Shown in pieces: positions 50,143-62,360 of a stretch of 64,000 bases of DNA (positions are counted from its first letter, which is position 1; each line of letters begins with the position of its first letter). The notes beneath the pieces are model-generated. The model saw only the letters and a list, made by a program, of their open reading frames with translations. It was not told the origin of the DNA and ran no database searches. This stretch comes from Asterionella formosa (lineage: Eukaryota). The position numbers and the translations under genes were made by a program. The stretch lies in contig NKIB01006909.1 in the NCBI GenBank assembly GCA_002256025.1, positions 1 to 64,000 on the forward strand, in the 5' to 3' direction.

Positions 50143-51206
50143 ATCAGTTGATGCAACAAACAGTATGTGAGTTGATGAAGGATTTGTCAATAGTGAGGCA
50201 GCTGAGAACAAGCTGGAAGCGGGATGCTGGGTGTACGGGTTGTCCCCATGTTGGAAAGATATTTTTCACTGTGGTGTTGAATTTCATTATGTGTTGCTTG
50301 CTCAATAGAGTAAACGCGAAAGCAAATACCGGTATCCAATTTTCGTAATTTCGTGTTGATGGCAGCAAGCTTTGGGCAATAATACCTACCGGTATGATGA
50401 TGAACAACTACACAATGCAACAATACAAGTTACATACGTAAGTATTTACTCGCTACCACTCTATATAAATCTGAACAACTCGTTCGTGACAATAAATAGC
50501 GTATCTTGCAAACAAGCAAAGTTCAAACGGTGCGTTTACGGTACCAGGTACCCGTACTCCGTTTAGCGTTGGCTTACAATTCAAAAGTCGCCGTAGCGGT
50601 GGGTTACAGTTTTAGGTGGTACCGGTACCGTACTTGTAAGTACAATCAGGCTCAATCAAGCGTCGCACGCACGTCCCAATCATGATGAAAGAATTATATT
50701 TATACATGTATGAATAATATATATTTTAAAGTGCCGTTAGGAACACCATTCCTCCTGCCATGAATGGTCAATATTCAATACACACACACATGAATGTCTA
50801 TTTTTATGTAATTAAACGCAGCGCGCATGCTGATAATTTCATTGGGGTTCGTACTGTACCACGTAAAGTCAAGTGAAGGCTACAATTTTAGCCTAAAATG
50901 ACACCAACACGCATTTGTTTTTACGACAAAAAGAAAGGCAGCAAGTCTTGACATGCAGGTTGTCTAATGCACGCGATGGTACCAAGTACCTGGTACGACT
51001 CCGGCGTACAATATGTAAATACCTGTGTGATATCATGCTTAGGTTCGTGTTAAAAACCCTGCTCGTCGTTGTCTCGTAAAAAAAGTCAGAAACTCGTTCT
51101 GGTTCCGGAAAAGTGCAACACACTCAAAGTCAAACTAGCCCCCTCTCGGTCATCTCTGCCTCCTCCAGCTGCCTTGTCGTCGCTTGCACGATAACGAGAC
51201 GTCTCC

Positions 51207-52449
51207 ATGTGCTGTTGCTGCCCCCCTGCAATTTCCGCTCTCTTTTGTTTGTGGGTCCAATCTGGTTTTAGCAAAGGATCCGTTGCAGGAGCGCTGACGT
51301 TCTTTCCGCCGGAACCGGCACTTTACAAGTTTGAACGTTGCGACCAGGATGGAAATCCCCTTCTAGACAACGAAGATGGAGAGACAAACCCCGATGAATC
51401 TCATCCTGACACTAGTGATGGAGAGCTGGGCGAAGTCACAGTCAACACTGGTCACGTCGAACCTTTGGAACGAAAGTCACCAGTCAAGGGCAAGAATGAG
51501 ACACCGTCACCTGTCCAGCAATTGACAGAGCGGAGTAAGAAATTGAGACAACGAGCCAAGGAGCGGTATGCTCGAGACACCAGCGATCTAGCGGCTGGTG
51601 TAACCTTTCAGTTGTCTCTAGATCCTCGCCTGGCCAATCCTCCTGTTCGAGGAGGAACTATTGAAGCACGCAAACTTCCTAGCAAGGGCTCTCATGTTGC
51701 CACTTTGATTTATCACCTACCGCAGGAATACGTAACAAACCGAACCAAGACGATTATTTATTCTCACGGCAATGCGACGGACATTGGTGCTATGTTTATG
51801 CTCCAATCTGTTTTGGTGCATTCGTTGTTATGTAACGTTGTCATGTACGATTATTCTGGCTACGGCGAATCGGGTGGTGTGCCGACCGAAGGCAATTCCT
51901 ACAATGATGTGAAGACGGTTTACGAGTTCGTCAAGTCAGGACTGGCTCCAGACCCAAGCAATATTGTCCTGTACGGACAGTCAGTTGGGTCGGGACCGTC
52001 GTGCGCATTGGCCTACAAAAAGAATGAATTAGGTGGCGTCATTTTGCATTCGCCATTTACAAGTGGAATGCGGGTATTGACTCCGAGTCGGTGAGTCATT
52101 TGCTGTTACAGTGAATCTCATTTTTCTAGTTTGATCATGTCATTTGCTCACTTTGACCACTTTTGGAAAACTCTGCAATCATAGTGCTCTAGCCTGCTTA
52201 GATATTTACCCCAACATTCATCGCATTTCCCACGTACGATGTCCAGTCATGGTAATTCATGGCAAACTAGACGAAGATGTTTCCTTTTCACATGGATATG
52301 AAATGCACCAAGCAGTTCCAGAAGAGTTTCGACGAGACCCATGGTGGGTTCCTGATCGAGGACACAATGACATTACGGACGGCCCGGGGAAGATGACAGA
52401 GTATATTCGAAGACTAAGAACTTTCCTGGCTGGCTTAGATGAGGAATAG
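51207..52449 (+). CDS. ABHD17: ABHD17-like alpha/beta hydrolase (depalmitoylase); exons 51207-52090 and 52185-52449
   Basis: N-terminal MCCCCPP, LTFFPP, YSHGNATDIG, YDYSGYGES, GQSVG, VIHGKLDE and GHND; GT-AG intron in frame. Confidence 0.9.
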
Positions 52450-52872
52450 CCATTTCCAGTTTCGTTGGCGTTGAGCGGAGGAGTTGCAGGAAAAGCTGAT
52501 TTTGGTGTTGAAAAAGGGTTGGTTACATTTTATATTCTTTTTTTTGATGTTTGGATGGAATAATTGTTTTACAAACGCTCTGTTCATTTACCAGACGAAA
52601 AGTCCTATGTTATCTTCTGGAAATAGAATTTGCTTTTGATTGTTATTTCTGTTTTCATCGCTCAGTTTCCTCAATTCGTAGAGTTGATCTTTCGAAGTTG
52701 CACTACCCCGACGCACGTGATGACACCACACGACGGCCCATACGTCGCCGATGGGGAGCTGCTACGAGAATTGATGATCTCTTAGATCTGCGACACTGAG
52801 GAAGATCGTTGAATTTACGGAGAAATTCGGAATCTTTTGGTGATTCAACTTGAATATCAGACAACGCGGTCC

Positions 52873-53577
52873 TTACATGAATCGCTTGCCTTGTTTCTTT
52901 TTCATATTGTTCTTCTTTTGCACTTCTCTCAGTTCTCTTTCCTTCCAGTCAGACCTTTTAATTCGTATCGGTCGACTGCTCAACCAGGTCTGATCCATTT
53001 CTCGAATCGCCCTGGCACACTCCAATGGATCCAACAAACTACAAAATCCAAATCCTTTGGAAAGTCCAGTTTTCGCGTCCTTTACAATTTTGACCATGGC
53101 AAGTGATTTGTATTTACTAAAATGCTCATACAGTTCTGGGTCAGTCACATCCTTCGACAAGTTTCCCACAAAGATACGGAAATCATTTTCTGGCCAATCC
53201 GAAAGCGTCGCGTCGGTCCATGTCGTTCCAGCTGCCGATCGCTTATGTGCTTGTAATGGTTGGTTGGATTCATTAGCAGTAAGTGGTAGTGATGGCGGAG
53301 GTAATGGCGGCGGCGGTGGTGGTGGTGGAATTCCTAGAAACTCAGGTCTAGTAGTATTAGTATTAGTAACGGCACTGCCTGTGCCTTCGTTAGTTGAATG
53401 GTCAACACTGACGATAGCAGATCCAGACGATGCCACGACAATTCCTTTTGGTCGAATGGTGATCGTCTTTTGTTTCTTAGTGGGAGGCTCCTCAACGTCA
53501 ATGTGCGGTTCAACTGCTGAAACGGCATCGAAAAAGGCTTCTAGGTCATCATTCTCGTCAACGGATGATGCGGCCAT
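52873..53577 (-). CDS. RBM42: RNA-binding protein 42-like (RRM)
   Basis: RSAAGTTWTDATLSDWPENDFRIFVGNL, SKGFGFCS and SSRPIRIKRSDWKER. Confidence 0.9.
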   Translation of the reverse strand: MAASSVDENDDLEAFFDAVSAVEPHIDVEEPPTKKQKTITIRPKGIVVASSGSAIVSVDHSTNEGTGSAVTNTNTTRPEFLGIPPPPPPPPLPPPSLPLTANESNQPLQAHKRSAAGTTWTDATLSDWPENDFRIFVGNLSKDVTDPELYEHFSKYKSLAMVKIVKDAKTGLSKGFGFCSLLDPLECARAIREMDQTWLSSRPIRIKRSDWKERELREVQKKNNMKKKQGKRFM

Positions 53578-54136
53578 GATGATGGTGATGGAAGCAAGTT
53601 AGTGATGGTAATGGCAAAGATGACCACAACTACGCAAAAATGGCTGTACTGTGCTAGTTGTGGTGTCGCTTATTTTGATGCTACATATCTAGTATCATTA
53701 GGCTACGGGTACAAGAAATTGGAAAAGGACACTTTGTTTATTAAATTATAATCAAAAAATGGAAAACGAAGAAAAAAAAAGAAATCGAAAAGACAACAAA
53801 GAGCAACATCCCAACCCACTTGGGCGTTGGTATGATCTTCGGGTTCCTTAAAATCCCCTGGGCCGCGGTCGTGCGTGCCACAGAAGATAAAAGGAAAGGC
53901 ACGCAGAAGCACCAAGCAAACGAGCGAGAGTACGATACACGCACACTTATTACACCATCATCATTCTATCAGCTTCGTTGATCTTCGTTGACCTTGAATT
54001 CATCGTCTTATATAAAATAGAAATTAATACAGTACCGGTGGCGAATAAAAATAACAGCTGACATTTCGTTTTACTAATGTTCCCAATATCGACCCGTATT
54101 TGTTTCTGGTTTGGGACACAATAAGAAACAGCCATC

Positions 54137-55609
54137 ATGAGCGCTGGTGAATGTCAAACAGGCAATAAGAACGATTACGATGATGTAAGTAGAACGAATA
54201 GGACTTGCTGATCCACCTTGGATTGTCGACACAGTGCAAACGACACACACGGCGTTGTTCTGACTCTCGAAACAATTCCCACCCCTTCAACTCCGCAGGA
54301 AGAGAAGGAAGGCAGCCCGCCTCCTCTCGACGAAACCGACATTGCCTTGCTGAAATCCTACGGACTCGGGCCCTACAGCGTCGCCATCAAAACACTGGAA
54401 GAAGAAATCAAGACGCATCAGCAAACTGTCAAGGATCTGATTGGAATCAAGGAATCCGATACCGGTCTGTCGCAGCCATCGCAATGGGACCTAGTCGGAG
54501 ACAAGCAAATGATGTCGGAAGAAGCACCGCTGCAAGTAGCAAGATGTACCAAGATTATTCCAGGAGAAGCGGAAGCGTCGGAGTCGGCGGCTGGGGGCCC
54601 CGCTGCCAACGCGGCCAACGCTGCGGGAAACAAGTATGTCATTAATGTCAAGCAAATCGCAAAATTCGTGGTAGGGCTTGGGGAGAAGGTAGCACCGACG
54701 GACATTGAAGAAGGTATGCGCGTCGGGGTGGATCGCAGCAAGTACTCCATTCAGATTCCGCTGCCACCAAAGATTGACCCTACTGTCTCGCTCATGACCG
54801 TTGAGGACAAACCCGATGTCACGTACGACGATGTCGGAGGTGCCAAGGATGCCATGGAGAAGTTGCGGGAAGTGCTGGAGTTGCCGCTCTTGCACCCAGA
54901 GCGATTCGTGACTCTCGGTATTGATCCACCCAAGGGAGTATTGCTGTACGGCCCACCCGGCACTGGAAAAACATTGTCAGCTCGTGCTGTTGCGAACAGG
55001 ACCGACGCTTGCTTCATCCGCGTCATTGGATCGGAGCTGGTTCAGAAGTACGTTGGTGAGGGTGCCCGCATGGTTCGGGAACTTTTTACTATGGCACGTT
55101 CCAAACGAGCCTGCATCATCTTTTTTGACGAAATCGACGCGATTGGAGGCGCCCGTGGAGGTGGGGATGACAATGGCTCGGACAATGAAGTCCAGCGTAC
55201 TATGCTTCAAATTGTTACGGAACTGGATGGATTCGATGCACGCGGAAATATCAAAGTCTTGATGGCCACCAACAGACCTGACACACTTGACCCAGCACTG
55301 TTGCGGCCAGGCCGCCTGGATCGTAAGGTAGAATTCGGATTGCCAGATTTGGAAGGCCGAGGACATATCTTGAAAATTCACTCCAAGCGCATGAATTGTG
55401 ATCGAGACATTCGATTTGAACTCATTGCTCGTTTGTGTCCCAATACAACGGGAGCAGAGCTGCGGTCGGTCTGTACAGAGGCAGGTATGTTTGCGATTCG
55501 AGCCAGACGCAAGTCCGTGAGCGAAAAGGATTTTTTGGATTCTGTTAATAAAGTGGTCAAAGGCTACAAAAAGTTTTCGTCAACTCCCAAGTACATGGTG
55601 TACAATTAA
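54137..55609 (+). CDS. PSMC2: 26S proteasome AAA-ATPase subunit Rpt1; exons 54137-54184 and 54299-55609
   Basis: [27 protein letters not shown] and [11 protein letters not shown]-terminus; GTAAGT...CAG intron 54185-54298 in frame. Confidence 0.96.
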
Positions 55610-55697
55610 ATTAGCAAGTGGGACAATAAGGAGGGTTACCCCATCCGCCTAAAAGATTTTCTAACGCTGTTGCTACATAACCTTTTGGTAGACTCTT

Positions 55698-56243
55698 TTA
55701 AAACATATCATCCTCCACTCCTCTTAAGTAATCCCCAATATCAGCTTGATGAAGCACCACATTTCCCGTCGGCTCCAAGGTTTGACAGTGCTCAGTCGAT
55801 TGCGCTGCTACACCGAATCCCAGGGGAATGTCATTCATGTTGTACACAATGACCCCTGCATACTGGGGTGTGGCTTCAGTCATTCTAGCCAATCCATTCT
55901 TGGTGACGTGATTTCCGTACAGAAAGCTCATTTCCGCACTTGGCTTGACCCACACCTTGTATTTCGCATACTGTGCCAAGTGGTCAAGCGATGTGATGGA
56001 GAGGCGAAACTTGCCACTCTTGGAAAATTTCCCCAAGCACACCCCCACATGAAGTAAGTCGTCTCGTGCAATGGATGTGGCGGCAGTCATGAGCGACTCG
56101 CTGACATAGTAAACCCGGTCCTTGATTAAACGAAAGCAATGGCGTTCGTCGGAGCGATTGATCAGTCGTTCTATTGATTTCCCGATGTATTCAGAAAGTT
56201 TGATAAAGAGAGTTTTGGTTTCTTCTTCTGTTAGTGGTCTCAT
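55698..56243 (-). CDS. NIP7: 60S ribosome biogenesis factor NIP7
   Basis: [30 protein letters not shown] and [10 protein letters not shown]. Confidence 0.96.
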   Translation of the reverse strand: MRPLTEEETKTLFIKLSEYIGKSIERLINRSDERHCFRLIKDRVYYVSESLMTAATSIARDDLLHVGVCLGKFSKSGKFRLSITSLDHLAQYAKYKVWVKPSAEMSFLYGNHVTKNGLARMTEATPQYAGVIVYNMNDIPLGFGVAAQSTEHCQTLEPTGNVVLHQADIGDYLRGVEDDMF

Positions 56244-58304
56244 GGTGTTGTTGCTTTTGCTGTTCTTCTTGTTATGTGCTTCTGTGGATCTGAAGTTGTT
56301 CTTGTTGATCGAATGCAGTCAGGCGGGAGCAAGACAACTGACAACGACAATTGTATTGCTTTGTTACCGGTAGCTAATTATTGTTAGCAATTGTATTTCT
56401 TAACCTTAATAAGTATATTATTTCGAAGGTCAATCATTCAAAGAAGTGGAATGATCATAGCATGATTCTTACGCTCATGCTTGCAGATATCAACTCTAAT
56501 CATGTCTACAGTTACCACAGGGAGTAAACCGTACCGATAGTATCAGGTACCAGTTACCTAGTACCTGCTACCAGGGTACCAGTACACATCATTCTTGCTT
56601 TGGTCTTTCTTTTGGGACCACTCCTCTCCTGGTGAACAAGCAAAAGCCGACAAGTTTTTCGTTGGCTTGGGACCATGCTATGGTCTGACTGTCACCAGCT
56701 CGTCGTTGCGACACAACAGATACCGGGTACCTGGTACCGGGGGGTATATAGACCGGAACATGGAGCACTTGTCGTTGCAGATTGGATTCGGATGCCAGGG
56801 CAATGGCATCATAAAAGTTGTTGTACATAACTAGATATGGCTAAATAAATAGTTTCTCTCCTACTCCATCATGCTAATGGAAAAGTACCCCTCTATAGCC
56901 AACTGCACAATTTGGACTTTCTGAAAAATGACATTAACTGGTAACTGTTCCTAGATGTTGCGGTTTGTGTAAGTCAGACCTCGTCACATCTAAAGTGGTT
57001 ACCAGTTAAAGTCATTATTGAGGATAGAGCTTTGCTGTAGGCCTGCCTGCTTGTCAGAAAGGCAAAGATGGCGAAGGAGGAGGTAAGGGCACCATTGCGG
57101 CTGGTGTCAGACGAGTTGTCACAATTGATTCTCTTCACCTGCATTGTTGATTGTTAAATGTGATTGCTGAAATGTCCTCTAATGATCCATCTTCTTTCAT
57201 AACCTTCCTGAAGTAGGCACAGTTTGCGATCTAGTACTAGTGGAGAATGAAGACATGATACAGAAGGAGTCCTCGGTGTATCTTTGATCCATCATCATGT
57301 TCAGGGACTGGAGCATTTCGGGATTGCTGTGTGGGAAGGAGTTTGTCAGTTGAAGTTTGATACACTTAGAAGCGAATGTGCTTGCTGTCCCATGAGGTGT
57401 CCAGCCATACTAGCATCCAACAATCATCCAATGTCACCATTCATTAGGAAGGCAAAATATTCACTCAACATGTTTGTAGAAATTGAATTAACAAATATAA
57501 ATGCTACTATAGTGATAATCAACGCATCTACTGTTCCTTGATTCACAAGAGTAGCTGCATTGTTATCATCGGCCAGTAGCAAGAGCAACCATCATTGACC
57601 TATCAAGTTGTTGCAACAAAACGGCTTGCAAGTCTCCATGATGGTACCACCAACCTCGGCGGTTCCGCCATTATCGGAGGAGGGGCGTGAAAAGATGAAA
57701 TATTCGACTATAGAGAAAAGTGAAAAAACGAAAATAAAAAATTCCTTAAATAACCATTGACCTACATGACGTTCCCGTAGACGACATGCCGGAGCAAAAT
57801 TTCTATCCGTCACGACGAGGACTGCTCCATGTGGGTAATGCATAAGTGGAAGTATGATGATAGATGTATGAGGGCGAGTACTGGTGTGTTGCGTTAAATG
57901 AGAAATTAGCTTTGTTTTCCTCATATTAGAAAACCGTCTTTTACCGCAACTCCCTCTGGTACCACTACACATATCACAAGGGAATGAATGTGAGCAAGTA
58001 GTAGTCTACCCGGTATCAAATTCCTTACACCAATAGCAGCCAGTACGCGTTTGTACAAGCTATATGCTTTAGTCCTTGTAGACAACTCAAATGTAGACAG
58101 CAACATTTTGTTTCCTTATTTTTTGTGATCTTATTAAACTAGAAATTGATTTACAATCGATTCCACTCTACTTATTTCAGATCAGTTAGATCTTGGATCT
58201 TTTACCCAAACTTTCATATAGATAACCAAGTTATGATAATGATCTGTTCTTGATCATTTAATCATTCTTTTTCTTCATAACATGTATAGAATAATGTTTT
58301 ACTT

Positions 58305-58539
58305 AGGGGAATGGCTTAGTGGTTAGCACACCTTCTGTGGTGGCAAGTTCGATTCCTGCATTCTAGTACACCTGTCTTTTTCATGTAGTCCCTTGCATTC
58401 CGGGGGTGCAGCTGATGAAAAGACAGGTTCCATTGTACCATGGACAAATAAAACCTGTACTAGCTAATTGTGTCCATTTATTTGGGCCTGAGTGCGTTTT
58501 TGGATAGCTTTAACATAAAGTAAAATTTAATTGACATTT
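58305..58539 (+). mobile_element. tRNA-derived SINE-like element, 235 bp, with 18-bp target-site duplication
   Basis: A box TGGCTTAGTGG at 58312-58322; B box GTTCGATTC at 58347-58355; identical TAGAATAATGTTTTACTT at 58287-58304 and 58540-58557; second partial copy at 34276-34414. Confidence 0.88.
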
Positions 58540-59113
58540 TAGAATAATGTTTTACTTGCATTGTCAGTAGCTCCAATGGTAATGACATGCCTGTGAATAG
58601 TTCAATACATAGAACATCCACCTTTCCAAATATTCCATCCCATCTTGTTAAGTGTATGTTTGTCTTCATTTACATTAGTTCAAATATTTCTTCAACAGAA
58701 ATAGTTTCGCCATATAATATTGATGTGCACATTGATGGAATGCTGTTAACCCTAAATCACTCTAGATTTTGTCATGCGGCATGGTACAAATGACACAACA
58801 ACCGACATGTACCTACATAGAGAAATAATGATCATACATAATTCATAGGTTAGCACAAAACAGATAAACGAAATAATAACGGCCAACCAAAATTAATTAA
58901 AGGCAACCAGGATGTAGATTTCTTCGTCATCGCGTCGGGCGAGCATGCTTCAGGCTGATTCAGTAAGTGCGAATATTGTTGAATTGAAAAATGAACAAGC
59001 TTCTGGCTGTCATTTCAACTTTCGAAAGCAGTCGACTGATGAATGGACACAACAGCGACTGCCTACACCCAGCCTGGAAATCCCGCAATCATCGGCTGCC
59101 CTAATTACAAGCA

Positions 59114-60019
59114 ATGTCGGCCCAAAATGACAACTCGCTTCACGGTGCCCTGGCCGGAACTGGCTCCTCCGTAGAGGAGGCGCTGTTGGGATTTATGAGC
59201 GGCGTCGTCTTTGGACTGGTTTCACCCATAGTCGGACATCCACTCGATACCATCAAGACAAAAATGCAAGCAGAAGCTGCTTACCAATCATCAACGTTTA
59301 CCCGCACGGTGCAGCAGGTATGGCGGCTTGAGGGACTTTCGGGTCTCTATCGCGGCATCGGACCTCCACTGCTGGGATCAATGGTCTTCCGAGGGCTGTC
59401 CTTCAGTGCGTACTCAGGAACCTACGCCGCATGCGAACGCGTTACTGTCCTCAAGGAGCCCATACCCTATACTGGAGGAATCCGTCCCAGTGTGCTGGTG
59501 GCAGCTATGGCAGCGTCCTTTGCACGAGCCACTGTGGAATCACCGCTGGACTTTATCAAGCTGCGCTCGCAAATTGGAAAGGAAGCCATGCATGCCACCT
59601 CCAATCCAATAGTGCAGTTGAGACATTTATATCAGGGATACCTACCGACACTTCTTCGGACCATGGGTCTATTAGGAAGTTTTTTCATTATGGTTGAGTA
59701 CAGCTTAATCTATATCCCAGATGTCATTAATGCTCCTTTGATTGGACCATTCTTCAAGGGTGGCGTGTGCGCAACGGCGGCTTGGGTATTTGCCTTTCCT
59801 TTTGAAACTGTCAAGTCCGTCATTCAAGCAGATCATACTGGGAAATACACATCTATGAAACATGCAACTTGGAAAGTCATGGGACAGATTCAGAGAGAAC
59901 GAGGGATCAAAGGACTGTATCGAGGCTTTGGACCAGGTGCCAGTCGGTCCTTTATAGCAAATGGGACAAGTATGGTGGTATATGGGTGGTTCCAAGATGC
60001 AATAAGAAAAGAAATATAG
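59114..60019 (+). CDS. Mitochondrial carrier family (SLC25) protein, substrate uncertain
   Basis: Three Px[DE]xx[KR] motifs (PLDTIK, PLDFIK, PFETVK) and GLYRG motifs. Confidence 0.93.
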   Translation: MSAQNDNSLHGALAGTGSSVEEALLGFMSGVVFGLVSPIVGHPLDTIKTKMQAEAAYQSSTFTRTVQQVWRLEGLSGLYRGIGPPLLGSMVFRGLSFSAYSGTYAACERVTVLKEPIPYTGGIRPSVLVAAMAASFARATVESPLDFIKLRSQIGKEAMHATSNPIVQLRHLYQGYLPTLLRTMGLLGSFFIMVEYSLIYIPDVINAPLIGPFFKGGVCATAAWVFAFPFETVKSVIQADHTGKYTSMKHATWKVMGQIQRERGIKGLYRGFGPGASRSFIANGTSMVVYGWFQDAIRKEI

Positions 60020-60084
60020 GATTGTGTGTTGTGCTAATCAGTTGCTTGTCTACTTTAGCTCCTTTGTCATGGCATGATGCAGTT

Positions 60085-62360
60085 CTAATAACTGCAACAG
60101 GCATCCAAAAACTTTTGACCGACACATCCAGAAACCATTCGTAAAAATGCCATCTCGTTTTCATCCATGAGAGTCTCGCCACTGTCAAATCGGAGTTTGC
60201 CCAATCCAATCAGCTCGTAATGAGAAACCATGTGTTCGACCTCAAGAATAGAATATCTGGGCACTTCAATGACTTTCATGGGAGCTTCCCAGTACTGATG
60301 TCTGCAGGCATGCATAGCTGATTCTGTCAGGCCGTTGGTATACTTGCGAGCAAGTGCATGGGACTCGGTGGTTGCTACAATAATGCCACCTCGTTTCATG
60401 GGAGTTGGCTTCTTTGGTAGCACTTCACTGTCATGATTGTGAAAAATACCCATGGCTTCCAAAGCGAATTTGAAGACATTTATTAGTTCATATGGAATTG
60501 GGTGAAAGCAATTTGGATCATATGACCCATGATAGAATTGGTCATTACTGTGACTGTATTCGTGGTAGCCATTGAACCCATCCATGGCAATCAAAAAAGG
60601 CTTTTCCTCCTGCTCCATAAGGTATTCCATAACTGACGAATAGCACATAGGAGCAATAGCATTGATTTCCTTCCCTAGTTTGAGCAGACCAACCAATGAT
60701 AGATCGTCCTTACTTTCATCAGGAATTAGCTTCTTCTGGGCATTTGAAAAATACTTGTCCTTGACCTCCTCAGTGATGAAAAGTCCTTCCAAATCCTTTT
60801 CGTGACACTGCAAGAACTCTGCGCAAATTTCTTGCGATAGATTTGACAAATCATAAAATCCCTTATGAAGGACGCTTGGCCTAACAACAGACGCATGTCG
60901 TCGCATGTCATCGCCATCAGGCATGTATAGGACAATGTATCCCGACTTTCGAGCAGAGGCAACAATTGTGGTAAGAACCGCCGACTTGCCTATTCCTTCC
61001 CGACCGTGAATGTAAATTCGACTAGACTTGTTCTCTGCTAGCATGCGAGCAGCTTCCCGCGTACATTGTCGGAGCATAATGCGCTTGGCAGTGTCGTGAG
61101 CAGATAGTTGCCATTCTTCCACCATGCGACCAGTTTTGTCGGTCCTACTGACAGACAAGGGATACAGAATCTTTGGGATATTACACACTCGTGGCGCACC
61201 CTCTTCCTTTTCTCCTGTTTCCTCTTCAAACACATCCTCAGGGTCGTACAGTTCTAAAAATAAAGGAACTGCAGTCGCATCGTCCTCCGCAGTAATCTTT
61301 CTGACCGCAACCTCGGGTTCCTCATACGGACGTTCATCATTCGAATCAGACTCACTATTTCCGGAGAGCCCAAAGTCACTACTTTCATTAGTTTTTGTGC
61401 CTTCGTCAATGGTTTTCAAGGTAGGTGTTGCTGTCGAACTATCGTCAGCCTGCGCCACCGTTTCAAGGTACGACTGCAATGCCTTCTCTACCCACTCCCC
61501 AAACCTAGGATGCAAGCTCAAAACAGTCTCCTCCTCTCCCAGGTCAGCTTCCAGGCGTTCAAAGAGTGCATCTACAGCATCTTGTTTGTCATCCCACGTT
61601 GCGAGGGCAAGAATTGTTTTCACCTCGGGCTCGGCCAACTCTTTGACCTTTTTCGCGATGTGATTTTCCAGTTGGATAGCCCTCCACTTCCCGTATTCTA
61701 CCGCTCCGGTTCGACCAGTGCGGCCTCTGCCTTGCCCAGGACTAGGAGGCGGTGGGGGTGGAAGGGGAATATTGGCAAGTTCCTCCAGAGTTGGAATTCC
61801 TAAAGGTGCACCGTCGGATATGAGTTAATTTTGAACTGAACAGACCGACAAAAGTGCATCGATGGCATTAAGTGCAAACCCTTACCGTCGTAAATCTTGA
61901 CTCGTTCTTGACTGATTCTAGAGGCCATGTCCGGAGTCCAATCTGGCAAATCGTCAAAGTCAATTCTTTTGGTGAAATCCTCATCCTTGATTTCCCAGGA
62001 ATCTTCCCAGAGTCGGCCCTTCATGTTGGCAAAGATCTCCTTGTTGTGAACATCAGCCAATTCATGATAATTAGCCGCTTTGTCTCCTTCGTCGTCGTCG
62101 TCGTCGCTGTCTTCTTGAACCGCATCAGTCCCGAAGGCACTACTATTTAAGAGCTCCATTTCGTCCGAGGAGTATTCGCGAGCAACAAACCTGGACATAG
62201 GTTTTGCGAGTTTCTTCATCTCCTCGGCTTCGATTCTGACATCAACTGCGGCTTCTTGGTCTTCGACCCCGTCGAACGTTTTGCGAGCGAAGCCACGTAC
62301 AAGCGAGGGTCTTCCATTGAGGAGCCGTCTGGAAGATCGAACGAGTGAAGAGCGCAGCAT
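60085..62360 (-). CDS. DAP3: Mitochondrial small-subunit ribosomal protein mS29/DAP3-like; exons 62360-61886 and 61799-60085
   Basis: Arg/Ser/Leu-rich presequence; P-loop GREGIGKS, GYIVLYMPDG, LIAMDGFN and IEVPRYSILE; 86-bp GT-AG intron joins the two ORFs in frame. Confidence 0.82.

Noticed and set aside
53057..53602. Antisense or alternate-frame ORFs over real genes (also 29893-30342, 61124-61663, 16838-17269 and others)
   Set aside because: Shadows of codon structure on the coding strand, with no motifs of their own
57050..57560. Possible Copia gag remnant on the minus strand
   Set aside because: Only faint similarity across broken frames; too weak to list as a feature
58305..58380. Functional tRNA gene
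   Set aside because: The A-to-B box gap is only 24 nt, there is no convincing anticodon arm or acceptor stem, and it lies inside a TSD-bounded repeat
58412..58465. Hammerhead ribozyme suggested by CTGATGA
   Set aside because: No GAAA core after the candidate stem II and no stem I/III arrangement found
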